Source: an uncultured Fibrobacterota bacterium
Lineage (GTDB): Bacteria > Fibrobacterota > Chitinivibrionia > Chitinivibrionales > FEN-1185
Length of the DNA stretch: 64,000 bases
NCBI GenBank assembly: GCA_963753345.1
Contig: CAVWBU010000032.1
Span: forward strand, 64,001-128,000
Direction of reading: 5' to 3'
In this document: positions 1-10,034 of the stretch, piece by piece
Layout of the letters: each line of letters opens with the position of its first letter
How positions within the stretch are numbered: the stretch's first letter is position 1
Made by a program: the position numbers and the translations under genes
The notes under the pieces: generated by a model
The model's input: only the letters and a program-made list of their open reading frames with translations
The model's database searches: none
Told to the model about the DNA's origin: nothing

Positions 1-14
1 TGTATCTTTTCAAC

Positions 15-626
15 ATGGGCCGGTGCCTGCTCGAACTTGACAAATACGATTCCGCGCGCATCTGCTTTGCCGCTTCCTACCGCCAGTTCTCCATGAGCAA
101 CAAGGAAACCGAGGCGCGCCAGGCCGCCGGGTTCGCCGCGCTTGCATGGTCTGCCGCAGGCGCGGCGGACAGCGCGCTGGCCTGGTACAAGCTCGGCGCC
201 ATAACCCCGAAAAACGCCCGCGACAAAACCTTCTGGCTCATGGTGCATGGACGCCTCTCCTGGGCGCGCGATCACACCAAGGAGTGCCTTGCCTACCTCG
301 ACGAGGCGTTCGATCTTTACAAAAAAGATAAGGCCTGGTACGGCGCGGCCGAGGCGTGCCTTGCCCGCGCGCGCGTGTACCAGTACTTCGGCGACTACCC
401 CGAGGCCTCAACGCAGATCACCCTCGCCTTGTCCCTTGGGGACAAGTCTTCCGTGCGCGCCAACCGCTGGCGCGTCCTATGCGCGGCCGCGACCATAAGC
501 GCCTGCGCAAAAGAAATGGACCGGGCGGCGTGGTACTACGACCGCGCGACCAAGTGCATGGCCGAGGGAAAGACGGTACCGGCAAAGGACAGCGTGATGA
601 CGTGCAGGAATGAGATGCCGTGGTAG
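15..626 (+). CDS. TPR-like helical repeat protein (probably 5'-truncated by the window edge)
   Basis: Ala/Tyr-rich amphipathic helical repeats (e.g. GRCLLELDKYDSARICFAASY, ARVYQYFGDYPEASTQITLAL); host-like GC. Confidence 0.6.
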   Translation: MGRCLLELDKYDSARICFAASYRQFSMSNKETEARQAAGFAALAWSAAGAADSALAWYKLGAITPKNARDKTFWLMVHGRLSWARDHTKECLAYLDEAFDLYKKDKAWYGAAEACLARARVYQYFGDYPEASTQITLALSLGDKSSVRANRWRVLCAAATISACAKEMDRAAWYYDRATKCMAEGKTVPAKDSVMTCRNEMPW

Positions 627-701
627 GGTGAGGGTCTTGTTGAAGGTGGGAGTATTAGATCGTTGAAGAATCCAATATACTTGCATTGAATTTGCCACTG
701 T

Positions 702-1208
702 GTGAAATTGGTGGGCAATACGATCCCCGTCGAAACCTATTGTTGCTCGGCGAATTGGAGAGTTGGCGGCAAAGTGGTGCGGGCACTTTCTACCGATTTG
801 GAGAATCGAAACGTGCGGATGATGGGCGATTCCGTGAAGGTTTGCAAAGGTAATGGCACAAATCTGCATCAAATGACCAGGGGCATTTGTCGTGATGATT
901 TTCCATACCGCATTCGATCAGCGCGCGTTTATGCCCAAGTCGTTGAATGTGTTTCGGCTCTTCCAGGATTAAGGCTTCTAAATACGCTCAGAACTGAGAA
1001 GGGTTTCGGCAGAATGAAGTATAAGTTCAACAATGAGCCGCCGCCCAACTGTATTTCTCCTGAAAACTGCTGTGATTCGATTATAAAGCATTGGCTCTCG
1101 CAACGAAGCCTGCATTCCATGCCATGCCGCGGAACACAATGGAATGCAAATCAGCTGAAAAATTTATTCCAGAACCCGGTATACGCAATTGCACCTCGAA
1201 GTGGCTGA
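702..1208 (+). pseudogene. possible degraded large serine recombinase fragment
   Basis: C-terminal GTQWNANQLKNLFQNPVYA resembles the W...il.NP.Y motif of recombinase domains; low-GC block; rest of the ORF is not recognisable. Confidence 0.3.
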
Positions 1209-1384
1209 CAAAATTACATTGGCGCACGAGGGAGGCTCGGTCGTAATTTATAGTAATGACGAAGACATGATTCCTGGATTAGTGACCGCTGCCGCTTTTA
1301 GGAAAGGTGAGATATTTTGGTTGACCCGGAGTGAGGAGCCTAGACCGGTCTATCAAAATATCCTCGTTACATCAGGAGTTAGAC

Positions 1385-2660
1385 ATGTCAGCACTAGAAG
1401 TCACGATTGAAGAAATTCGTCAGGATATTTTTACCTTCGCTGATCCTTCCTCGGTTGTGGAGGTTACCAACTCGGGTGACCTAATTTGGACACAGTCACG
1501 CCAACGACGTAGTGCTCGGCTAGTTAAGACGACAACTGGCTTCCCTGACGTGTCTTTTGACGGCAAGGTCTATTCATATGTGAGCTTTTTATCCTCTGCG
1601 GGGTTGCCAGATCTTCCTGATACTAGCTCAAGCCATACTGAGTCTGACTAAGATTGCCAGATAATATATGCCACATGCATGGATGGTCATGGCGGCTGGT
1701 ATGTTGGCGGACCAGTCTATTTCCCGATTTTAGTGAAGCTACTGATCGCACAAGGCGCACACTTTCTAGTACTCGCGTGCTATTTGTCTATGGCAATGCA
1801 GGAGTAGGCAAGACCTCCACGCTCAGGGCCCTAACAAGGAGGCAGGCAGAACTTTACCTCCGTGGCCAAACTCAAACTCTCTTTCTTTACCTCGATGCAC
1901 AAGGGAAAGGATTGAACCAACTTGAAGATGTGATGGCGAGGGCGCTACAACTACATCGCGCATATTTACTATCACTCAGTTTCTGCTTTGGCTAGGAGAG
2001 AATGTATCGTACCTATTGTGGACGGTTTTGATGAACTTATAGGGCCGAGTAATGCGCGCGAGGCGTTTTCAAATCCTGGATACTTCGTGGCGCAACCCGA
2101 TAGGCAGGGTGCCCTGATAACATCATCACGGTCTGCATTTTTTCACTCCGCACGTTGAACGGGCGGTGTATGTTGCGCGGCTCGCGGTTTTTTTTATGAA
2201 GTGGATCTCTGGAATGTGCCGCTGGAATACCGAGACTGCAAACAAGTATGGCAGCCTGCGCCTTGCCTCGATGCCAGACCTGTTACTGCGATCCCAACAG
2301 TTGCTTCAGCTTCCCGCTACCGAGGCAATTACGCATAAGCCATTCTACTTGGTGCAGGTTTGTGACATGCTCGTAAGTGGTGCGGATATTGATGAATCCG
2401 CTGACCTCGGCCGACAAGTAATTGATGCAGCACGAGGCGGGAAACGACTAAACTTCGGAACGGACGCGATGAGCCCTTACTCTATGAGTCAGGTCACCGA
2501 ATGTATATGCCAATTAGCGGAAGAAATGTGGTGCGAGGAGCGCGCCGATTTGGACATAGAAACATACGTGATTGCGATTGGAGGAAGGGGTGGCAAAGAT
2601 TTTAAGAATTGGCGGAGCAAGTCGCACCGGTATTGCTGCATTGGATACGATGGGTTTTGA
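1385..2660 (+). pseudogene. fragmented NACHT/STAND NTPase
   Basis: Walker A VYGNAGVGKT (ORF 1654-1995); in another frame just after position 2000, Walker B PIVDGFDEL and sensor-like LITSSR; multiple frameshifts and stops. Confidence 0.6.
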
Positions 2661-3137
2661 AATGAATTGTTTAGGTTTGCATTTCAGTCTCACCGTTTGG
2701 CTTTGATACTCACATCTTCATTGGTCGAAGGCAGCGATTATATCTGCATGGCAGAACTACCTGCTGAAGCTGTGAACGGTATGTATATGTGAGTAAATGG
2801 GAGTAAAGCGAGTCAACGGTGATTGCGCAGGGAATGCTAACCGGCTGGAACCCGGCTGCAAACGGGTATGTATATTGGTAGGAAGAAGGGATATAAAAGA
2901 ATAATTTAGTTTAGAGAATGATATATAGATAGAATTATATGGAGGAGAGTTGATAAACATGAGGATATAGGAGAGAATTGGATTGAGAGGCAATCAAGCG
3001 AGTAAGCGAGTCAACGGTATATGCGGCAGGGTCTTTTACCAATATTGGCGGGCAGAGTCGCAGCTGTATAGCCGGCATTGGACGATACCGCAGGGAATGC
3101 GTTAGCCTGAGGAGGGATCCGAAAGCGAACGGCCAGG

Positions 3138-3254
<117 letters not shown>

Positions 3255-3304
3255 AAGCAAAAAGAAGAGTAAAAAAAAAGGAAAGAAGAAAAAATGCACT
3301 CGCC

Positions 3305-4858
3305 GTGAGCGGGACAACGGTGTATGTTGGAGGGAATTTTACCAGCGTTGGCGGCCGGAGCCGCACCCATGTCGCGGCGTTGGATGCGACGACTGGAACT
3401 GCGACGGCTTGGAACCCGAATGCGAACGACCAGGTAAATGCACTCGCCGTGAGCGGGACAACGGTATATGTTGGAGGGCTTTTTAGCGGCATTGGGGGGC
3501 AGGACCGTAATTACCTGGCAGCTCTGGATTCGACAACCGGAAATGCCACGGCATGGAACCCGAAGATGAACAAGGCTGTCCAATCACTCTCAGTGAGCGG
3601 GACAAGGATATATGCAGGAGGATGGTTCGACGGTGTCGGCTGCGAGAACCGAAACCATATCGCCGCATTGGATGCGGCAACAGGAAAGGTTACCGGCTGG
3701 AACCCCAATGCGAACAACAATGTTCTTTCGCTCGCTGTGAGTGGAAAAACAGTATATGCGGGAGGGATTTTCGACAGCATTGGCGGTCAGAGACGTATTG
3801 GAATTGCAGCATTGGATACGATAACCGGCCACGCAACGATCTGGAATCCATTTGCCGACAGCACTGTTTCTTGTTTGTCAGTGAGCGAAACAACGGTTTA
3901 TGCAGGAGGGGATTTTTCCAGTATAGGCGGTCAGGTTCGTAACCATATGGCAGCTTTGGATGCAAAAACAGGGAATGCCACCGGTTGGAACCCTAATGCG
4001 AACTCCGGTGTCATTACAATCGCCGTTTGCAGTACAACGGTGTATGTTGGAGGGGTTTTCACCACCATCGGAGGACTCAGCCGCAACCATATTGCCGCCC
4101 TTGATGTGACAACAGGGAATGTCCTTACCTGGAATCCGAATGCGGATGGCAGTGTTGCCGCAATCGCGGTGAATGGATCAACAGTATATATTGGAGGATA
4201 CTTCCTCAGCATTGGCGGGCAGACCCGCTTCTGTATTGCCGCCCTCGATGCGACAACAGGGAATACCTTGGCCTGGAACCCAAATGCGAATAATTGGGTC
4301 ACTTCACTCGCTGTGAGCGGGACAACCGTATATGCCGGAGGATACTTCAACGGCATTGGCGGTCAGGGCCTCAACTACTTAGCCGGTTTAGATGCGACAA
4401 CAGGGAATGCATTGGCCTGGAACCCAAACGCAAACGGCACTGTATATTCACTCGCTGTGAGCGGGTCAACGGTGTATGTAGGAGGAAGTTTTACCGGCAT
4501 CGGCCAACGTATGGGCCACTACTATTTTGCTCAGTTCGGAGACTATATTCCTAACCCCGTTGTTCATCCTATCTCAGCGCAATCAACCGCAAAGAGCGCC
4601 GGTTTACAGATAATAAGCTCTAATTTCTTATCTGGCGCATTAGTCAAGTTTTCCTATTCGCTTTCCAAAGCAGAGCAGGTCTCCCTGCAGTTGTATAGAA
4701 TTAACGGCCAATTGCAATCCGACCTCATCAACAAGCACCAGCCCGCGGGAAATTATTCACTCACCATGCAACGTGACAAACTTGCCGCGGGCGCGTATCT
4801 GGTCGTCTTCAAAGCGGGGGAGTACCATCAGGAGAAACTGGTCTCTGTGATGAAATAA
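3305..4858 (+). CDS. secreted beta-propeller-type tandem repeat protein with T9SS-like C-terminal domain (true N-terminus lost in the garbled region)
   Basis: 8 WNP units spaced exactly 144 nt apart (3410-4418; 48-aa unit WNPNAN..V.SLAVSG.TVY.GG.F..IGG..R..IAALDA.TG); C-terminus LYRINGQL...LAAGAYLVVFKAG..KLV. Confidence 0.8.
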   Translation: MSGTTVYVGGNFTSVGGRSRTHVAALDATTGTATAWNPNANDQVNALAVSGTTVYVGGLFSGIGGQDRNYLAALDSTTGNATAWNPKMNKAVQSLSVSGTRIYAGGWFDGVGCENRNHIAALDAATGKVTGWNPNANNNVLSLAVSGKTVYAGGIFDSIGGQRRIGIAALDTITGHATIWNPFADSTVSCLSVSETTVYAGGDFSSIGGQVRNHMAALDAKTGNATGWNPNANSGVITIAVCSTTVYVGGVFTTIGGLSRNHIAALDVTTGNVLTWNPNADGSVAAIAVNGSTVYIGGYFLSIGGQTRFCIAALDATTGNTLAWNPNANNWVTSLAVSGTTVYAGGYFNGIGGQGLNYLAGLDATTGNALAWNPNANGTVYSLAVSGSTVYVGGSFTGIGQRMGHYYFAQFGDYIPNPVVHPISAQSTAKSAGLQIISSNFLSGALVKFSYSLSKAEQVSLQLYRINGQLQSDLINKHQPAGNYSLTMQRDKLAAGAYLVVFKAGEYHQEKLVSVMK

Positions 4859-4880
4859 TCTCTCGCTTTGATTCGTTTAA

Positions 4881-4917
4881 CCTCACCCCCGTCCCCTCTC
4901 CCATGGGGAGAGGGGAG
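4881..4917. repeat. REP-like palindrome (CCTCACCCCCGTCCCCTCTCCC..GGGAGAGGGGA)
   Basis: GC-rich hairpin just after a stop codon; may also act as a terminator. Confidence 0.6.
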
Positions 4918-4964
4918 TGACCGATGCGAAAGCAGTAGATAAAATTGGGCGATGCGGAATTCTC

Positions 4965-5000
4965 GGGAGATTGCTTCGTCGAAGATTCCTCGCAATGACA
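4965..5000 (+). repeat. REP-like element GAGATTGCTTCG..CTCGCAATGAC
   Basis: second copy in inverted orientation at 56090-56120. Confidence 0.7.
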
Positions 5001-5070
5001 CTTATTTTTCTTTGTCCAGTTTTCGGGTATTGGCTTTTCAACTATTCAATGCTTCAACATTTCAACTGTT

Positions 5071-5222
5071 CTCCGTGGGTGCCGCCACAACGATGCACGG
5101 CCTTGCAGCTGTTTTGTCAAGGCGGCTACCCAGGAGGGGGTAGCGGAGGACCGGTCGCGTTTCTCGATTGGTGGATTGTCAAGTAACGCGACCGGGCCGG
5201 AGCGAGGGGGAGCCCTCCCCCC
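5071..5222 (+). repeat. structured repeat module B (locus 1)
   Basis: GGGTGCCGCC..GGCGGCTACCCAGGAGGGGGTAGCGGAGGAC-hairpin-GCGAGGGGGA..TCCCCC, shared with 14743, 53242 and 55876. Confidence 0.85.
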
Positions 5223-5247
5223 TTAAATAAGTCTCTACTATTTGTAA

Positions 5248-7461
5248 TTAGAATCTTACGCTTATCCCGAATATCGGCGTTATCCCAAACGGCGTCACCT
5301 CCTGGAACCCGGTCCCGTTGAACTTGTATTCGAGCACCGGCTTGTAGTTGAAGAGGTTGATGATCTCGATAAAGAGCTCCGCTTCGGCGCCGAATATCCT
5401 TTTTGTAAACCCGTACCTGAAATTGGTGGTGAGCAGCCTGTCAAGGCGCCTGGAATAATATCCCGCCGAGGTGTCGATCGACGCGGACCTGCGGCCCACG
5501 CAATCCACCCGCACCAGCTCCGGACAGTACGGCCTTCCGCCCGAGCCCGACACCGACAGCGAAACCGTGTGGTTGCGCAGTATGGACGCGGTCGCGGCGG
5601 CCGAAAACGTGTAGCCCACGTCGGTCCAGTCGTCGTACCAGGCTGCATCGTCGAACTGGTTCTTCACGTCGAACAGGGACGCACCGAGGGAACAGGAAAG
5701 CCAGCCGCGCACGGCATTGACAAGAGAGACTTCGGCGCCGTACACCCTCCGGTGGCCGTCCTGGGGCCGCATGGCGGGCACGCCGGCGGCCGTTGTGTAC
5801 ACCACGTCCTGCACGTCGGGCGAGAGAAAGCGGTATTCCTGGTCGTACCACTTGTAATAGACCTCCACGTTTGACGTAACAAGGCCCCACGGCGTGAGGC
5901 GGTAGCCGAGCGTTCCCTGCCAGCACCTGAGGGGCTTTGCCTGTGCAAGGAGCGAGAGCTCGGAGGTGCGCAGGGAATCGTCCGGAAGGTTCGCGTTAGC
6001 CGAAAGCGCGTCGAAAAGGATGGTGGGAAGGTCGGTGGGAAACTGGTGATACAGTCCCAGCCCGGCGGCAAGGCTGCCAGCGCGGCCCAGTGAGACCATG
6101 CCCGCCACACGCGGCGAAACCGCGACATCGTCAAGCAGCCTGAAATAATCCGCGCGCATGCCGGCGGATGCCGAAAACGGTCCTGCCCGGAGCTCGTAAC
6201 CGGCGAACGCTCCCAGCTCCGGTCCTTCTATGGCAATTGCCTTTTCAACCGGTTTCTCGGCCCAGGCAACGGTGACCGGGGAATCGTTCTGGCAAATGAC
6301 GCAGGTGCCGCTGTTCATCGATTCGTCGGAAACCGAGAAAGAATACTTTGTATCGTAGGCACGGATTCCGGCGGTGATGGACTGGTTTTCGCCGGCTGCG
6401 AATTGCGAGCTGGTATTGAGCGAGGCATGCATGCGGTTGTCCGCATTGCTGCTCACCGGGTTTTTTGCATAGTGCTGTGCGAAGAACGCGTCCGAAAACG
6501 ATTCGAGGCTGTCGTACGATCGCCCGTCGCGCTGTGAATAGCTCACCTGGAACCGGTGCTCCTGAAACTCGTCCTTGTAGTGAAAGAGCAGGCCCGCGCC
6601 GCCCTGGAGGATCCGTTCTATTTCGTCAATGCCGCTATTGTGGGCGGCGCCGTCGTCGCCCTGCTGCACAATGGGGTAGCCGTAATTGTACGTGTTGTAC
6701 GAAAAAAGCCCGGTCGCCGAGATGACCAGGTTCGCGGACGGCAGATACAGAAGCTTGCCGTACAAATCGCCGAGTTTGGGGATGCCTTCGTCGCCGATGA
6801 TCGAGCGGAGCGCGGAAAAGTCCACGTATCGTCCGGCAAGCGCGAACGAGCCCTCTTTGCCGAACGCCGGCCCCTCGACCGAGGCGAGGCCGCCGGTCAG
6901 CTTGATGCCCGCGCTGCCATTTACAGAAGAGAACGATCCGCCTTTCATGTCGATGTCCACCACCGACGACATCCGGGGAGGATACGAGACCGGCATGTCG
7001 CCGGCAAAGAACCGCACCGAACGGATGAAATCGGCATTGATGAAGCCGATGGGGCCGCCCGAGCCGTTCGCTTGGGAAAAATGGTTGATGTTTTCCATTT
7101 CTATGCCGTCGACAAAAAAGACAATCTCGCTGGGGCGGCCGCCGCGGACAAACAGGGTGTTGTCGAATTTCGCCCCGAGCGAGGAGACGATTGACGGCAG
7201 GGTGCCCAGATAGCGGCTGATGTCACCGGCGGCGCCGGCCGCGGTCTTTATTTCCTTCGAGGAAAAGACCACGGCGTTACGGCGGTCTATTCCTGAATCA
7301 CGGATTGACGGCGCGGCCCGCACGACCATTCTGTCAACGTGCTCAGCTTCGGGCCGCGGGGCGGCAACGGAATCGCTCTGCGGCACGGCCGCGGTGTCCT
7401 GGCCGGCCCGGGACGGCAGAACAACAATGAACAGCAACAGAAAGCCGATAACGGATTTCAT
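5248..7461 (-). CDS. TonB-dependent outer-membrane receptor
   Basis: signal peptide MKSVIGFLLLF; plug motifs VRGGRPSE..FVDGIE..NINHF and SSVVDI; C-terminal aromatic strand GISVRF. Confidence 0.85.
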   Translation of the reverse strand: MKSVIGFLLLFIVVLPSRAGQDTAAVPQSDSVAAPRPEAEHVDRMVVRAAPSIRDSGIDRRNAVVFSSKEIKTAAGAAGDISRYLGTLPSIVSSLGAKFDNTLFVRGGRPSEIVFFVDGIEMENINHFSQANGSGGPIGFINADFIRSVRFFAGDMPVSYPPRMSSVVDIDMKGGSFSSVNGSAGIKLTGGLASVEGPAFGKEGSFALAGRYVDFSALRSIIGDEGIPKLGDLYGKLLYLPSANLVISATGLFSYNTYNYGYPIVQQGDDGAAHNSGIDEIERILQGGAGLLFHYKDEFQEHRFQVSYSQRDGRSYDSLESFSDAFFAQHYAKNPVSSNADNRMHASLNTSSQFAAGENQSITAGIRAYDTKYSFSVSDESMNSGTCVICQNDSPVTVAWAEKPVEKAIAIEGPELGAFAGYELRAGPFSASAGMRADYFRLLDDVAVSPRVAGMVSLGRAGSLAAGLGLYHQFPTDLPTILFDALSANANLPDDSLRTSELSLLAQAKPLRCWQGTLGYRLTPWGLVTSNVEVYYKWYDQEYRFLSPDVQDVVYTTAAGVPAMRPQDGHRRVYGAEVSLVNAVRGWLSCSLGASLFDVKNQFDDAAWYDDWTDVGYTFSAAATASILRNHTVSLSVSGSGGRPYCPELVRVDCVGRRSASIDTSAGYYSRRLDRLLTTNFRYGFTKRIFGAEAELFIEIINLFNYKPVLEYKFNGTGFQEVTPFGITPIFGISVRF

Positions 7462-7623
7462 GCTGAGCACCTGTCCAGGAAACCGGACTATGGTCAAAGC
7501 AACGGCGAAAGAGCGACAACTAGAAATATAAGAGCAAACGGGGTTTTTGGATCAGCGGTGGCGAAGAAAGTGTTTTCTGCCAGAAACCACTTAATACAAA
7601 TTCAAATACAAATGGAAGATATC

Positions 7624-8051
7624 TTGGAGGGGGAAGTGTCCCCGTGGCCCCAAGCCTCCTCAGCCTACGGCCTGCGGGGTCTTGGAGCACACCCCCTCGT
7701 GGGTAGCCCCCTAGAAAGCTGGTTCGCTGGAAAGAGGCTTCAGCTGCGGGGGCACCGAGAAAAAGAGTTGAAAGTTGACAGTTGGCAGTTGACGGCGGGA
7801 CTTGGGAGAGAGAACCCGCGTTCGTTCCAAGGATTTCAGCTGGCGCAAAGATATACTTGACCGAATAGATTTCTTCTGCCGCGCGCCAGGCAGGACTGGA
7901 AGGTGCGCTGGAGCGCATTGCCGCTTGACCACGGCCCGAAGGGCACTCGTGGCAAGCGGCAACGAGGCCGAAGGCCGAGCCTGGAAGGAGGGCCGCCGCT
8001 GCGAAGCAGCGGGGCGCCCAAATCTTCTCCTATCTATTGGGGAACGCCCAA
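7624..8051. mobile_element. bipartite structured repeat, locus 2: module B' (-, 7624-7760) plus module A (+, 7877-8051)
   Basis: back-to-back modules, same arrangement as loci 3, 6 and 10; A end is duplicated (GGGGCGCCCAA..GGGGAACGCCCAA); mobility is inferred. Confidence 0.6.
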
Positions 8052-8071
8052 CAAATTAATTTATTAATAGA

Positions 8072-8317
8072 TTAGTTCAATCCACCGCAGCACCCAGCAC
8101 CCGCCCCGCAGTCAGAGGCCCCCGGGCACGAAGCTCCGCTCTGGCATGCGGGCCCGCTTGACATCTTGCCCATGGCAATGCCGCCTACGCGCGACATCAG
8201 TTTCCGGGTATCGGTGGACTTGCACTTGGGACAGGGCAGGATTTTGTTAGAGGAGGAAGAGACGATTTCCTCAAACACAATTCCGCACTTGCCGCATTCG
8301 TACTCGTAAATAGGCAT
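8072..8317 (-). CDS. FmdB-family zinc-ribbon regulatory protein
   Basis: MPIYEYECGKCG..FE....CPKCKS...RKLMS; Cys-rich tail. Confidence 0.9.
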   Translation of the reverse strand: MPIYEYECGKCGIVFEEIVSSSSNKILPCPKCKSTDTRKLMSRVGGIAMGKMSSGPACQSGASCPGASDCGAGAGCCGGLN

Positions 8318-8456
8318 GGGATAAAATCCTTTCGTCGATTATTGTGTGCACAAGGGTCAAAAATACATGATAAAATCAATACGAAGAGCCGGGGCCGGAA
8401 ATTTACCGGATTGCGCTTTTGGCCGGCGGACGGCGAAGCACGGCAAGGATTGAGAA

Positions 8457-9551
8457 ATGATACTCGGCGTTGCACGTGAAATTGCGCTCACCTTCATGGA
8501 CATGGCGCCGTACATGCTCCTGGGCCTGACGTTTGCGGGCGTGCTTCACGTCTTTATCCACAGGGACTTTATAGCAAAGCACCTGGGCGGCAGCAACGCG
8601 GCGTCGGTGGTGAAGGCCGCCCTGTTCGGCATACCACTTCCGCTGTGCTCGTGCGGCGTTCTGCCGGTCGCCCTGTCGCTCCGCAAGGGAAAAGCGTCCG
8701 ACGGCGCCACGATTTCCTTTCTTATTTCCACGCCCCAGACCGGCATAGACTCGATTGCGGCGACCTGGGGAATGCTCGGGCCGGTGTACGCGATCTTTCG
8801 GCCGGTTGCCGCGCTTATCATGGGAATCGTGGGCGGGCTGGCCACAATCCCGTTTTCTTCAAAACTCGACCATCCGCTCGCATCGGACAAGCGCTTTTCC
8901 TGCAACCTCTGCTTTGAACCGCGGCCGCATTCGCATTCGCTCCGGTACCGCGCCAAACGCGTATTTGCCTATGCGTTCCGCGATTTTCTGGACGACATCT
9001 CGGTCCAGTTGACAATAGGAATTGTTGCGGCCGGCCTCATTGCGTTTCTTATCCCAGACCATTTCTTCGAGAAATTTGCGAATAGCGAGCTTCTCTCAAT
9101 GCTTCTGATGATCGTGGTGGGCGTGCCCATGTACATCTGTGCCACGGCGTCGATTCCGGTCGCCGTTGCCCTGATGGCAAAGGGTCTGTCGCCCGGCGCG
9201 GCGTTCGTGTTCCTGGCCGTAGGCTCGGCAACCAACATTTCCTTTATCCTCGTGATTGCCGAGGTGATGGGGAAGAAGATCCTTGCCGTGTATCTTGCCG
9301 CGATTACCGTATTGTCGGTGGCAATGGGCTTTGCGCTCGACGGTATATTCTCCCTTGTCGGAACGGAATCGCTGAGGGGAAAACTTGTTCAGGATTTTTC
9401 AGAGAAGCCTTCGCCGTTGATAATGATCCTGTCGGCGGCATTTTTAATTGTGCTTGGGTTATCACTCGCAAGGGTCATCCGCGCAAAGATTTCCGATCGG
9501 CATAGTTGTCATGATGATGGGCGCCATGGTGAGGGATGTTGTAAGAAATAA
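8457..9551 (+). CDS. SO_0444/DUF318-family (ArsP-like) metal permease
   Basis: GIPLPLCSCGVLP, FLISTPQTG, PMYICATASIP; His/Cys-rich linker and tail. Confidence 0.9.
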   Translation: MILGVAREIALTFMDMAPYMLLGLTFAGVLHVFIHRDFIAKHLGGSNAASVVKAALFGIPLPLCSCGVLPVALSLRKGKASDGATISFLISTPQTGIDSIAATWGMLGPVYAIFRPVAALIMGIVGGLATIPFSSKLDHPLASDKRFSCNLCFEPRPHSHSLRYRAKRVFAYAFRDFLDDISVQLTIGIVAAGLIAFLIPDHFFEKFANSELLSMLLMIVVGVPMYICATASIPVAVALMAKGLSPGAAFVFLAVGSATNISFILVIAEVMGKKILAVYLAAITVLSVAMGFALDGIFSLVGTESLRGKLVQDFSEKPSPLIMILSAAFLIVLGLSLARVIRAKISDRHSCHDDGRHGEGCCKK

Positions 9552-9579
9552 TCCAAATGATGAAAAAAGATTAATTCTT

Positions 9580-10018
9580 TTGCTGGGGGCACCGCTACGC
9601 GTTTCCCCCTCGCTGCGGCCTCCTCGGCCTTCGGCCTGCGGTGTCCTCCGCTCCCCCCTCCAGCGAAGAGGCGCGCCTGGGGCGCTCGACCTGCGCTCGC
9701 GCGGCGTCGCCCCTTCGCAACGCAACCACATAGGTATGCCGCTTCGCGGCGATATTGTATTACGGTGCTATCACTTTTGTAACTTTCCGAATCTGATCAT
9801 TACTAGACATTCAATCAAGCGCCTGTCACCTGCGCGTGCGTTAGGCCGGACCGGAGGTCCCGCCATAGCGGGATGCCGCCCGGACCCGCCGCTACTGCGG
9901 CATAGGGCCGAGGCGGCCCGAGGCCGAAGGCCGACGACCCTTGGAAGCACCCGAAGGGGTGGACCGGAGGGAGGGCCGACCTGACCCAGAGCTTGTCGAG
10001 GGGGAGGGAAACGCCCAA
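9580..10018. mobile_element. bipartite structured repeat, locus 3: variant module B (-, 9580-9718) plus module A (+, 9831-10018)
   Basis: reverse strand GGAGGGGGGAGCGGAGGACACCGCAGGCCGAAGGCCGAGGAGGCCGCAGCGAGGGGGA is nearly identical to the 14743 copy; A ends GGGAAACGCCCAA. Confidence 0.6.
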
Positions 10019-10034
10019 CTTATATTAATATCTT

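Noticed and set aside
3305..4560. 144-bp repeats plus an A-rich upstream copy as a diversity-generating retroelement (TR/VR) or CRISPR array
   Set aside because: The repeats are in-frame protein repeats whose differences are not confined to adenines. There is no reverse transcriptase, no cas gene and no repeat-spacer structure.
4945..4955. TTGGGCGATGC as a degenerate A end pairing with B at 5071 (similarly TTAGGCGCTCC at 52748)
   Set aside because: The match is only about 7 nt; position and orientation fit, but it cannot be separated from chance or from a terminator stem.
7877..8021. Modules A/B as known riboswitches, tRNAs or hammerhead-type ribozymes
   Set aside because: I found no recognisable consensus (no CUGANGA/GAAA core, T-loop or known aptamer), and position relative to genes is inconsistent. 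An Rfam search is still needed.
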